Origin: an uncultured Acidobacteriota bacterium
Lineage (GTDB): Bacteria; Acidobacteriota; Thermoanaerobaculia; UBA5066; Gp7-AA6
DNA length: 64,000 nucleotides
NCBI GenBank assembly: GCA_963764715.1
Contig: CAVXTP010000012.1
Location: forward strand, 32,001-96,000
Reading direction: 5' to 3'
Shown: positions 55,488-64,000 of the stretch, in pieces
Numbering within the stretch: position 1 is the stretch's first letter
Layout: each line of letters opens with the position of its first letter
Program-made: the position numbers and the translations under genes
Notes under the pieces: generated by a model
The model's input: only the letters and a program-made list of their open reading frames with translations
What the model was told of the DNA's origin: nothing
The model's database searches: none

Positions 55488-55907
55488 GTGCTGCAGGTGA
55501 CGCCCTCGCTCGCGATCCGGGAGTTCGAGCTCTCCGAGCGGTTCGTGCGGGCGTCGGGGCCCGGCGGGCAGAACGTCAACAAGGTCGCGACGGCCGTCGA
55601 GCTGCGCTTCGACGTCGGCCGGTCGTCGCTGCCGGAGGACGTGAAGGTTCGCCTCGCTTCGCTCGCCGGCAAGCGCATGGGCGCCGACGGGGTCCTGCTG
55701 ATCGACAGCCGCGCCCATCGGACGCAGGCGCAGAACCGCGCCGCGGCCCGCGAGCGCCTGGTCGAGCTCGTGCGCCGGGCGTCCGTCCGTCCGAAGGCGC
55801 GCCGGAAGACGAAGCCGAGCAAGGCGGCGCGCGAGCGGCGGATCGAGGCGAAGGTCCAGCGCTCGCGGATCAAGGCCGGCCGGGGGCGCGTGCGGGGCGA
55901 GGAGTAG
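55488..55907 (+). CDS. arfB: Alternative ribosome rescue peptidyl-tRNA hydrolase ArfB
   Basis: RASGPGGQNVNKVATAVELRFD, RTQ.QNR, basic C-terminal tail. Confidence 0.93.
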   Translation: MLQVTPSLAIREFELSERFVRASGPGGQNVNKVATAVELRFDVGRSSLPEDVKVRLASLAGKRMGADGVLLIDSRAHRTQAQNRAAARERLVELVRRASVRPKARRKTKPSKAARERRIEAKVQRSRIKAGRGRVRGEE

Positions 55908-55990
55908 GCGTCCCCCTTTCTGACCCCCTTATCCGCAGTTTCCCGCGTCATAAGATGAAGGACAGGAATCCCAACGAAGGGGGCTGTGCG

Positions 55991-58606
55991 ATGCCGACCA
56001 GGAACCACCGGGTCGAGGCATTCGTTCTCTCCGCGTGCGTGCTGGCCGCCGGCCTCCTCGCCGACCCGGTCTCGGCGCGCCCGACCGATACATCAGCCCC
56101 TACGGCGCCCGCCTCGGTCACCCTCTGGGACCAGACGGACTCCGGGGCCGGAGGGGCGGCCAACGTCATCTCGCAGGACTTCCAGCCAGCCCAGGACGCA
56201 TTCGACTGCGAGGCCGCCGACGATTTCTACGTGCCGGCCGGAACGGCCTGGGGGATCCAGACGGTCGTGGCGCTCGGCAGCTTCAACGGGGCCGGCCCTC
56301 CCTCCTCCGTCGACCTCGTGTTCTATGCCGACCAGGCCGGCTCGCCCGGCGCGGCGGTCTGCGCGTATCCGACGCAGAGCCCGAACATCTTCGGCGGCGA
56401 TTTCAGCTTCGCGCTCCCCTTTCCCTGCATGCTCCAGCCGGGGCACTACTGGATGTCGGTCCAGGCGAACATGGACAGCTCCGCCGGCAACTGGGGCTGG
56501 CGGCGGCGGACGATCCAGGCCTACGACACCGCGCGCTGGCGCAACCCGGGAAACGGGATCGGAACCGGCTGCACCACCTTCGGGCCGGTCACGACCTGCC
56601 TCGCCGTGCCCGATCCCGACCTGCTCTTCCTCCTCGCCGGGACGACGGCGCCCGTCTTTCCCAACGCGTGCCTGCGGGACACGCGCACGTTTCAAAACGG
56701 CGCGTCCGTCCCGATTCCCACCGGACCGGCGGTCGTCACGTCGACGATCGAGGTGACCGATCTGCTGTTTTCCATCTGGGACGTCAACGTGAAGACCTAC
56801 ATCAAGCACACGTACAACCGGGATCTCGACGTCACGCTGACCGCGCCGGACGGCACGGTCGTGACCCTGACCTCCGACAACGGCGAAGACCTCGACGACG
56901 TCTTCAACGGAACGCTCTGGGACGACCAGGCGGACCCGGGTGGACAGGTCCCCTACGACACGAACGACCGACTGGTGACCGATCGCGCCTACGTGGACGG
57001 AGTCCCCGCCGTGACCCTCACGCCGGAGGAGGCGCTGGGCGCATTCAACGGCCACTTCCCCGGAGGCACGTGGACGCTGACCATCTCGGACGATCTCGCC
57101 GGCGACGGGGGGTCTCTCGACGGCTGGGAGCTCACGATCGCGACGGCCCAGACGGCGACGACCAATCGCACCGTCTTCCTGGCGAGCGCGGCTCCCGTTC
57201 CGATTCCCGACGGCCCCGTCGTCGTGACCGACTCGGTCGTCTTCCCCGCCAGCTTCGGTCATCACGTCTGCAACGTCAAAGTGCAGACCAGGATCCACCA
57301 CACCGCCAACGACAACCTCGACATCACGCTCACCTCTCCGTCGCAGCGCGTCGTGACGCTGACGACCGACAACGGTCTCTCGTTCGACGACGTCTTCGCC
57401 GGAGCGTTCGGCACCCTCTGGGACGACGCGGCCGATCCCGGCGGCCAGGTCCCCTACGTCACGAACGACGGCCTCGTCACCGACCGCGCGTATGCGGACG
57501 GGGTCGCGGCGACGACCCTCGTCCCGGAAGAACCGCTCGCGGCCTTCATGGGCGAGGATCCCGGCGGCGAATGGGTGCTGACGGTCTCCGACGATACGCC
57601 CGGGGACGGCGGCACGCTCGACCAGTGGGGCGTCCTGATCCGCACCTGCACCTGCGCGATGGCGGAGCCGACCGCGCTCAACGTGGACGGGCATTCGGAC
57701 GGAGGAACCGCCTCGAACGTGAACGGCGTCTTCGAGCCCGGCGAGACGGTTCGAATCGAGCCGGCCTGGAAGAATCCGGGCGTGACGGCCTTCGATCTCG
57801 TCGGCAACATCAACATCACGACCGCGTCCGACGTGACGGTCGAGGACGGCTCGGCGTCCTTCGGACCGCTGGTCCCCGGGGCCGAGGCGAGCTGTTTCGA
57901 CGCGACGGGCGACTGCTATGCCGTGAGTGCGGCCAATCCGCGGCCCGGCATTCACTGGGACGAGGACATGGTCGAGTTCTCGACCCCCCTCGATCTCACC
58001 GACGCGCCGCCCACGCTCACCCAGCACTGGAAGCTCCACCTCGGCGCGAGCTTCGGGGACGTGCCGACGTCGAACCCCTTCTACCGCTTCGTCGAGACGA
58101 TCTTCCACAACGAGGTCACGGGAGGCTGCGGCGGCTCGAGCTACTGCCCGGGCAATCAGACGTTGCGCAAGCAGATGGCGGTGTTCGTGCTGAAGAGCCT
58201 GCTGGGGCCGTTCTACACGCCTCCGGCGTGCACGGGAGCCTTCACGGACGTGCCGTGCCCGGGGCCGTTCACCGACTGGATCGAGGATCTCTACTTCCGC
58301 GGCATCGTCAACGGCTGCGGCGCGGGCCCGACGTACTGCCCGGACAACCCGGTGCTGCGGCAGCAGATGGCGGTCTTCCTCCTGAAGACGAAGTACGGGT
58401 CGCTCTACACGCCGCCGGCCTGCGCCGGGATCTTCCCGGACGTCCCTTGCTCCAACCCGTTCGCGCCCTGGATCGAGGATCTCTTCAGCCGCGGGATCGC
58501 CGCGGGCTGTTCCGGCGGCAACTACTGCCCGGCCAACCCCACGACGCGCGGGCAGATGGCGCCGTTCCTGACCAAGACGTTCGGGCTCCTGCTGTACGGG
58601 CCGTAG
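55991..58606 (+). CDS. Large surface protein with two proprotein-convertase P-like domains and SLH domains
   Basis: Duplicated H...DL..TL..P...GTW.LT.SD...GDGG.L..W domain; three SLH repeats. Confidence 0.85.
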   Translation: MPTRNHRVEAFVLSACVLAAGLLADPVSARPTDTSAPTAPASVTLWDQTDSGAGGAANVISQDFQPAQDAFDCEAADDFYVPAGTAWGIQTVVALGSFNGAGPPSSVDLVFYADQAGSPGAAVCAYPTQSPNIFGGDFSFALPFPCMLQPGHYWMSVQANMDSSAGNWGWRRRTIQAYDTARWRNPGNGIGTGCTTFGPVTTCLAVPDPDLLFLLAGTTAPVFPNACLRDTRTFQNGASVPIPTGPAVVTSTIEVTDLLFSIWDVNVKTYIKHTYNRDLDVTLTAPDGTVVTLTSDNGEDLDDVFNGTLWDDQADPGGQVPYDTNDRLVTDRAYVDGVPAVTLTPEEALGAFNGHFPGGTWTLTISDDLAGDGGSLDGWELTIATAQTATTNRTVFLASAAPVPIPDGPVVVTDSVVFPASFGHHVCNVKVQTRIHHTANDNLDITLTSPSQRVVTLTTDNGLSFDDVFAGAFGTLWDDAADPGGQVPYVTNDGLVTDRAYADGVAATTLVPEEPLAAFMGEDPGGEWVLTVSDDTPGDGGTLDQWGVLIRTCTCAMAEPTALNVDGHSDGGTASNVNGVFEPGETVRIEPAWKNPGVTAFDLVGNINITTASDVTVEDGSASFGPLVPGAEASCFDATGDCYAVSAANPRPGIHWDEDMVEFSTPLDLTDAPPTLTQHWKLHLGASFGDVPTSNPFYRFVETIFHNEVTGGCGGSSYCPGNQTLRKQMAVFVLKSLLGPFYTPPACTGAFTDVPCPGPFTDWIEDLYFRGIVNGCGAGPTYCPDNPVLRQQMAVFLLKTKYGSLYTPPACAGIFPDVPCSNPFAPWIEDLFSRGIAAGCSGGNYCPANPTTRGQMAPFLTKTFGLLLYGP

Positions 58607-58680
58607 CCTTTCCTCTTGTGAGAGAGCCGGAGCGGATGTAGCTTCCGGCCGTTGCTTTCGATGAAGAACAGGAGGCGGGC

Positions 58681-59124
58681 ATGAGGACGAGGATTCTTGC
58701 GGGTGTCGTGTGTCTTCTGGCGGCGGGTCAGGTCCTGGCCCAGATGGCGGCCCACAAGGCCATCGTGATGCCGGCGGCGGACATGAAGTTCGTGGACATG
58801 GTCGGCGGACCTCCGGGCATCAAGATCGCCCCGCTCTGGGGCGACTACCAGAAGGGGGCGTTCGGCGCCCTGATCAAGTTCCCGGCGGGGGCGAGCGCTC
58901 CCCTGCACACGCACACGAGCGACATGCGCATCGTCGTGGTGTCGGGAACGTTCATTCACGGGCCGGAGGGCAAGACTCCCATCCGGCTGGGCCCGGGCTC
59001 CTACCTCATGCAGGCGGGCGGGGACTACCGTCACACCACCGAGTGCGACAAGGCTTCCGAGTGCGTCATGTTCGCGGACGGCAAGGGCAAGTTCGACATC
59101 CACATGGTGGAGGCCAAAAAGTAG
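58681..59124 (+). CDS. Secreted cupin (DUF4437-like), paralogue of 13336
   Basis: APLHTHTS...VVVSGT...GPGSY; AGGAGG RBS. Confidence 0.8.
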   Translation: MRTRILAGVVCLLAAGQVLAQMAAHKAIVMPAADMKFVDMVGGPPGIKIAPLWGDYQKGAFGALIKFPAGASAPLHTHTSDMRIVVVSGTFIHGPEGKTPIRLGPGSYLMQAGGDYRHTTECDKASECVMFADGKGKFDIHMVEAKK

Positions 59125-59182
59125 CGACGCGAGGCGGAGAATCGATCGCCGGAGCAGCGCGGGCCGCTCCGGCACCCGGTCC

Positions 59183-60835
59183 CTACTTCAGCATCTTCTC
59201 CAGCTCGGGCGACTTCTTCCCCGACATCTCCCACCGCACGAGCGACGCCGGGATCAGTCCCACGGCGTTGAAGGTGTCCATGTACTCCTTCATCCGGAAC
59301 TTGTCGCCGAGCTGCTGCTTGCGGTCGGCGAGGAGCGCGTCGAGCTCCATCTTGCCCATCAGGTAGCTCGTCCCGTAGCCGGGCTGCTGGAGGTAGAGGT
59401 GCTGCTCGCCGCGGACGAGCTTGCCCTCGAGCGAGAACCAGCCGCGCGGAACGTTCGCGCAGGCGAAGGTCGCCGCCTGCTCGATGTCCATGAGGTTCGC
59501 GACCATGTAGAGGTCGCCGAGGGCGCGCGCCGCCCGCTGCGCGACGAGGATGTAGACGAGCTCGCGCGAGCGCGGCCGCGCGTCGAACATGCCGGCCTGC
59601 ATCATCAGCTCCTCCCAGCCGGTCGCATGTCCCTCGGTGCGCGTGTTGTCGAGGTTGTAGAGGCGCACGTCGCGGCGGATCGGGTTCTCCGACGTCTCGT
59701 GGACCATCCAGCCCTTGTCGAACCAGTGGTAGCCGTGGGTGCGCATGACCTCGGGATCGCGGTAGTCGACCTCGCCGAAGAACTCGAGCGGGCCGGGGCT
59801 GTAGCTGCCGATCCGCGCGCGCAGGGCCGCGTCCATCCAGGGCTTGATCGTCAGGATCTCGTTGTCCTTGAGGTACGCCATGTACTCGGTGACGGCGTCG
59901 TTGAACCGCCTGTCGTACTCGGCCGCGCTCGCGATCGGCGCCTGGGGCGGGAGCTTGGCGTTCTTGAGCTCCTCCATCGTGAGGAGGGCCGTCGAGCGCG
60001 CGAGCTCGCGCTTCATGAGCTCGACCTCTTCGGACCAGGTGGACGGAACCAGCTGGACGTTCTTCAAGTACCAGTTGTAGTTCTCGATGCCGACGCCGGA
60101 GGGGCCGGTCTTCGAGGGCGCCTGCGCGTCGAGCCAGCCGGCGAAGTCGTCCGTCGCCTTCTTCGCGCGATCGAGGTCGGACTTGAGGGCGGACTGCGAG
60201 GCGTCGAGCGTCTTTGCGAGCGCGGCGATGTCGGCGCTCTGCTGGCGGACGCTCTTCGCGCCGTAGACCCAGAGGTCCCGGCCGTTGCCGGTCAGGTTGG
60301 TCTTCGCCTGTGCGAGAAGGGCCGGGATCGTCCGGACGCCGGCGGCGATCTGCGCGGCGGCGTCCTTCGAGAGGGGCGTTTTGTAGCTCCAGAGCTCGAC
60401 TGCGCCTTCGGCGAACGGGCCCTCGCGCTTGGGCTGGTCGCTCTCCTCGGGAAAGAACGTGACGTAGAAGCCGGGGTTGTTGGCCCAGGGCCGGAGGACG
60501 CGGAGGTCGAAGTCGAGGCCGTTCACCTCGGCGCGGACGACGTAGTAGTCGACCTGCTGCGGGATCGGCCACGCGCCCGGATCGATCGCGGCGAGACGCT
60601 TCTTGTACGTCTCGAGCTCCTTCTGCTGCGCGGCCATGGCGGCGGCCGTGTAGTCGGGCACGCCGTCGACGACCTTCGGCTTCTGGAACGCGCGGAAGTC
60701 CTTGTAGAAGGTCAGCAGGTCCGCATAGCCGCCTCCCGGCGGCGCGGGCGAGGCCGGCGCGGCGCCTCCCCCGGCGAGGACCCCGGCAATCAGACAGACG
60801 CTCATCATCAGGACCGACGGATCGCGTGAAATCAT
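59183..60835 (-). CDS. DUF885 family (metallopeptidase-like) secreted protein
   Basis: THGYHW, EGHATGWE, QPGYGTSY.MGK. Confidence 0.75.
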   Translation of the reverse strand: MISRDPSVLMMSVCLIAGVLAGGGAAPASPAPPGGGYADLLTFYKDFRAFQKPKVVDGVPDYTAAAMAAQQKELETYKKRLAAIDPGAWPIPQQVDYYVVRAEVNGLDFDLRVLRPWANNPGFYVTFFPEESDQPKREGPFAEGAVELWSYKTPLSKDAAAQIAAGVRTIPALLAQAKTNLTGNGRDLWVYGAKSVRQQSADIAALAKTLDASQSALKSDLDRAKKATDDFAGWLDAQAPSKTGPSGVGIENYNWYLKNVQLVPSTWSEEVELMKRELARSTALLTMEELKNAKLPPQAPIASAAEYDRRFNDAVTEYMAYLKDNEILTIKPWMDAALRARIGSYSPGPLEFFGEVDYRDPEVMRTHGYHWFDKGWMVHETSENPIRRDVRLYNLDNTRTEGHATGWEELMMQAGMFDARPRSRELVYILVAQRAARALGDLYMVANLMDIEQAATFACANVPRGWFSLEGKLVRGEQHLYLQQPGYGTSYLMGKMELDALLADRKQQLGDKFRMKEYMDTFNAVGLIPASLVRWEMSGKKSPELEKMLK

Positions 60836-60849
60836 GCCGCGCATTCTAT

Positions 60850-61078
60850 GGGGTCAGCCCTGCATTTCTGAATTTTGGGGTCAGCCCTGCATTTCTGACT
60901 TCTGGTGCCAGGCCTGAATTCCTGCTCAAAGAGTCAGCGATGCAGGTCAGGCACCAGGCACCAGGTACCCATGGGGTCAGCCCTGCAAGCATGCAACTTA
61001 GGGCCTGACCTGCAGGATTGAACTTCTCATCGAAGTGTCAGGCCTGGCACCAGGTTACAGACTTGCAGGTCAGGCCCC
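60850..61078. repeat. Cluster of eight GGGGTCAG-type units phased at 27 bp
   Basis: + units start 60850, 60877, 60904, 60973, 61000; - units end 60955, 61051, 61078. Confidence 0.85.
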
Positions 61079-61124
61079 ATTCGGAGGGGCGTGCTACAGT
61101 GAAAGCCTTCCGAAAGAGAAGTTC

Positions 61125-61343
61125 ATGGCACTGACGGTCCATCAGGCCGAGGCCGAAGCACGCTGGAGATGGGGCGGACTCTTTGCCCGAGGCTTTGCCC
61201 GGCACGAGGCCGCGCTGCGCCGGCCGTTTCAGGTCGGGACTCGAAGTTTCGGAAAGGTCACGATCCGCGGCGAGGGGACCTCCTGGGAGAGCGCTTTCCA
61301 GAACGCCGACACCCAGACCAACGAAGCTCCGGCGAAGAAGTAG
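61125..61343 (+). CDS. Small hypothetical protein
   Basis: 72-aa ORF with protein-like composition filling the intergenic gap. Confidence 0.5.
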   Translation: MALTVHQAEAEARWRWGGLFARGFARHEAALRRPFQVGTRSFGKVTIRGEGTSWESAFQNADTQTNEAPAKK

Positions 61344-61364
61344 CCGGCTCCCCCCGAACCGGCT

Positions 61365-62978
61365 CTAGCCGATCCCCGCGCCCTCAGGGCTCGCTCGCTC
61401 CGCCTCTTCGGACTCGAGAGCTCTCGCCTCGCGGCTCGCGTCGGCGACCCCTCCTCGACCGCGCGGGAACCAGGCGAACCCGGCCGCGAGCACGAGGGCC
61501 AGCACCAGGACGGCCGCTCCGAGGCTGATGCGGATCCCCTCCACGAAGTCCTTGTCGGCGGCGACGAGGATCGCCCGCTCGGTCGCCGCGTCCGCATGGG
61601 CGATCGGCCGGCCGGGGCCGATCTCGGCGGCGTAGGCCCGCGGGTTCGCGTCGCCGATGATCGTGTCCGCGACCTGACGCCGCTCGGCCGGGTCCGGGAT
61701 CGCCTGCGCGAGATGCTCGGAGAGCGTCACGGTGAGAGAGGCCGCGAGAACCGATCCGAGCACGGCGAATCCGACGGTCGAGCCCAGTGCCCGCTGGGCG
61801 CTCATGATGCCGGACGCCATCCCGGCGCGCTCGGGGGGCACGGCGGTCATCGCGAGCGAGGTGATCGGCGTCAGGCACAGCGAGCTCCCGAGCGAGGCGA
61901 GGATCAGCCCCAGAACGACGACGGGCGTGCTCTGCCCGAGCCCCGCGATCATGACGGCGAACCCCGAGATCTGCGACGCCAGACCGAGCAGGATCAGCCG
62001 CCGCGCGCCGACCACCCCCATCAGCTTGCCCACGCGAAGCGAAACGAGCGTGCACGTGGCGCTGTACGGGAAGAGGATGAATCCCGCCTGCGTCGGCGAG
62101 AAGCCGCGCACGTTCTGCAGGTACTGGGTGATGACGAGGAGCATTCCGTAGACCGCGAAGAGCACCGCAAAGATCGTCCCGATCGCCAGCGAGTACGTGC
62201 GATCCCGAAAGAGGGTCAGGTCCATCATCGGATCCGCGCTCCGGCGCTCGGCGACGACGAAGGCCGCAAGCGCGGCGGCGGCGAGGGCGAAGAGGCCGAG
62301 GATCTCGGGGGACTTCCAGCCCGCCCGCGGGCCCTCGATCACCGCGTACGCGAAGGCCCCGACGGCCGCGACGAAAAGAAGCTGCCCGGGGACGTCGAAC
62401 GTTCGCGGCCTCTCGTCGCGCGACTCCACGACGAACCGCCACGTCAGCGCGAGGACCGCGAGCCCGACCGGGACGTTGACCAGGAAGATGATCCGCCAGC
62501 CGCTGCGCTGCACGAGGATGCCCCCGAGGGTCGGGCCGATCGCCATCGCCGTCGACGCGATCGCCGTCCAGATGCCGATCGCCCAGGCCTTCAGCTTCGG
62601 CTCGGGAAACGCCGAGGAGACGAGCGCGAGCGACGTCACGTTGACCGTGGCCGCGGCGACGCCCTGGATCGCCCGCGCCGCGTTGAGGACGGTGAGCGAG
62701 CCCGCGAGCCCGCAGGCGACCGAGGAGAGGGTGAAGAGAGCGATGCCCGCGACGTACAGCTTCCGCCGGCCGTGCATGTCGGCGAGCGTCCCGGCCGACA
62801 TGATCGCCACCGCCATGCCGAGGCTGTACGCCGTCACGACCCACTGCAGCCCGGACTCTCCGACCTGGAAGTCGTGCTGGATCGACGGGAGCGCAACGTT
62901 CACGATCAACGCGTCGAGGTAGATCATGAACAGGCCGAGGCCGGTGGCGGCGAGGGTCAGGCGCTGGACGCGGGTCAT
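61365..62978 (-). CDS. MFS transporter, DHA2 (EmrB/QacA-like, 14 TM)
   Basis: LD..IVNVALP.I, G.LAD.HGRR, WR.IFLVNVP.G. Confidence 0.92.
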   Translation of the reverse strand: MTRVQRLTLAATGLGLFMIYLDALIVNVALPSIQHDFQVGESGLQWVVTAYSLGMAVAIMSAGTLADMHGRRKLYVAGIALFTLSSVACGLAGSLTVLNAARAIQGVAAATVNVTSLALVSSAFPEPKLKAWAIGIWTAIASTAMAIGPTLGGILVQRSGWRIIFLVNVPVGLAVLALTWRFVVESRDERPRTFDVPGQLLFVAAVGAFAYAVIEGPRAGWKSPEILGLFALAAAALAAFVVAERRSADPMMDLTLFRDRTYSLAIGTIFAVLFAVYGMLLVITQYLQNVRGFSPTQAGFILFPYSATCTLVSLRVGKLMGVVGARRLILLGLASQISGFAVMIAGLGQSTPVVVLGLILASLGSSLCLTPITSLAMTAVPPERAGMASGIMSAQRALGSTVGFAVLGSVLAASLTVTLSEHLAQAIPDPAERRQVADTIIGDANPRAYAAEIGPGRPIAHADAATERAILVAADKDFVEGIRISLGAAVLVLALVLAAGFAWFPRGRGGVADASREARALESEEAERASPEGAGIG

Positions 62979-63067
62979 GGGGTCGTTGCCCGAAGGATCT
63001 CACGGAAGGCCCCGGATCGAACCGTTTGCATCAAGCGCTCCATCCGGCGCGTCGGGTAGGTTGGGGC

Positions 63068-63307
63068 ATGCGCTGGCGTCCGGGGCTTCCCGTCGTCCTC
63101 GTCGCGGCTGTCGTGGGCGGAAACTATTGCGTCCTCGTGTATGAGCCCGGAAGTCAGGTTCCGCTGCCGATGGTCAACGTCAAGCCTCCGCCCATGCCGC
63201 TCCACGACACGCCCGCGACTCTCCCGCCGACGCCCTCTCGGACGGCGACGCCCCCGTCCTCGACGCCCACGCCGGCGCCGGTCGAGCCACTCGAGGAGCC
63301 TCGCTGA
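63068..63307 (+). CDS. Small Pro/Thr-rich membrane-anchored protein
   Basis: N-terminal hydrophobic segment plus Pro/Thr-rich tail. Confidence 0.4.
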   Translation: MRWRPGLPVVLVAAVVGGNYCVLVYEPGSQVPLPMVNVKPPPMPLHDTPATLPPTPSRTATPPSSTPTPAPVEPLEEPR

Positions 63308-63388
63308 AAGTTCGAAAAACGGTGCGTTTGGGTCAAGACACCGCCCTCCCCCCTCTCTAGTCTGGGAAACGAGCAATGGAGGTGGGTC

Positions 63389-63859
63389 ATGAAAGTCAGT
63401 GAGATCGCATGCCGGCCGGTCGCCTCCTGCACGGAGGAGACCAGCCTGTCTTCGGCGGCCCGGCTCATGGGAGACAACGACTGCGGAGTGCTCCCGGTGC
63501 TTCGGGCCGGAAAGCTGGTCGGGATCGTGACGGACCGGGACATCTGCATGGCCATCGCGAAGGCGCATTCCTCGCCCGGAGAAACCCCGATCAAGGAGGT
63601 CATGACAATGAACGTCGCCACATGCCAGACGACCGACGACGTGAGCGCGGCGCTTTCGACCATGTCGAGACGGCAGGTCCGGCGCCTGCCCGTTCTCGAT
63701 CCCGAGGGACCGCTCTTCGGCATCCTCTCCCTCGACGACATCGTCCTTCGGGCCGAGGAAATGCTGCCGGGCGGACCGCCGCCGCCGATCTCGCACCGGG
63801 ACGTGGCCCTGGCGTTCCGGAACATCGTCGGCAAGCGGCCGTTGCGCAAGTCCGCCTGA
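63389..63859 (+). CDS. CBS domain protein
   Basis: LVGIVTDRDI, VRRLPV...GILSLDDI; GGAGG RBS. Confidence 0.9.
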   Translation: MKVSEIACRPVASCTEETSLSSAARLMGDNDCGVLPVLRAGKLVGIVTDRDICMAIAKAHSSPGETPIKEVMTMNVATCQTTDDVSAALSTMSRRQVRRLPVLDPEGPLFGILSLDDIVLRAEEMLPGGPPPPISHRDVALAFRNIVGKRPLRKSA

Positions 63860-64000
63860 GGCTCGCGAGGAAATCGGGAGTGGGGTGTGCGCCGACCCGG
63901 CAAGATCATTCTGCCGCCGGGGCGGCGCTGGCGTCTGCTGGTTTTCGGGGGCGGTGTCTGGAGCGCTCTTGCGGCAGCTCAATGCGCCTTCCCCGGCGGT

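Noticed and set aside
55908-55933. Further GGGGTCAG-like motif after arfB
   Set aside because: Only the first 8 nt match; too short to assign to the 27-bp family

Overview
High-GC bacterial accessory region. The many Cys-containing SLH-domain surface proteins, Hanks-type kinases and TPR/FG-GAP proteins suggest Acidobacteriota, possibly Thermoanaerobaculia (inference only). It holds about 60 mostly unlinked genes: secreted hydrolases, five SLH proteins, two Ser/Thr kinases, five toxin-antitoxin pairs plus two orphan antitoxins, a SauUSI-like PLD-helicase-DUF3427 + HNH defence operon, a DeaD-type helicase, a small alarmone hydrolase, a TM0106-type nuclease and arfB. No rRNA, tRNA, CRISPR array, integrase or transposase was seen. 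The most striking content is non-coding, a layered set of palindromic repeats. (1) About 30 GTAG-tagged REP hairpins occur as REPIN/BIME-like doublets and arrays. (2) A second ~59-nt GTAG-tagged hairpin element occurs only nested in the loop of those REPs (3 of 3 copies). (3) A 258-bp REP composite is inserted in frame in the nuclease gene. (4) A REP spacer is amplified as 7 x 50 bp without its hairpins. (5) A separate 27-bp GGGGTCAG-type unit family forms a phased 8-unit cluster and also brackets an 11.4-kb defence-rich segment as inverted repeats. Many genes appear leaderless. Three genes have frameshifts that may be sequencing errors.
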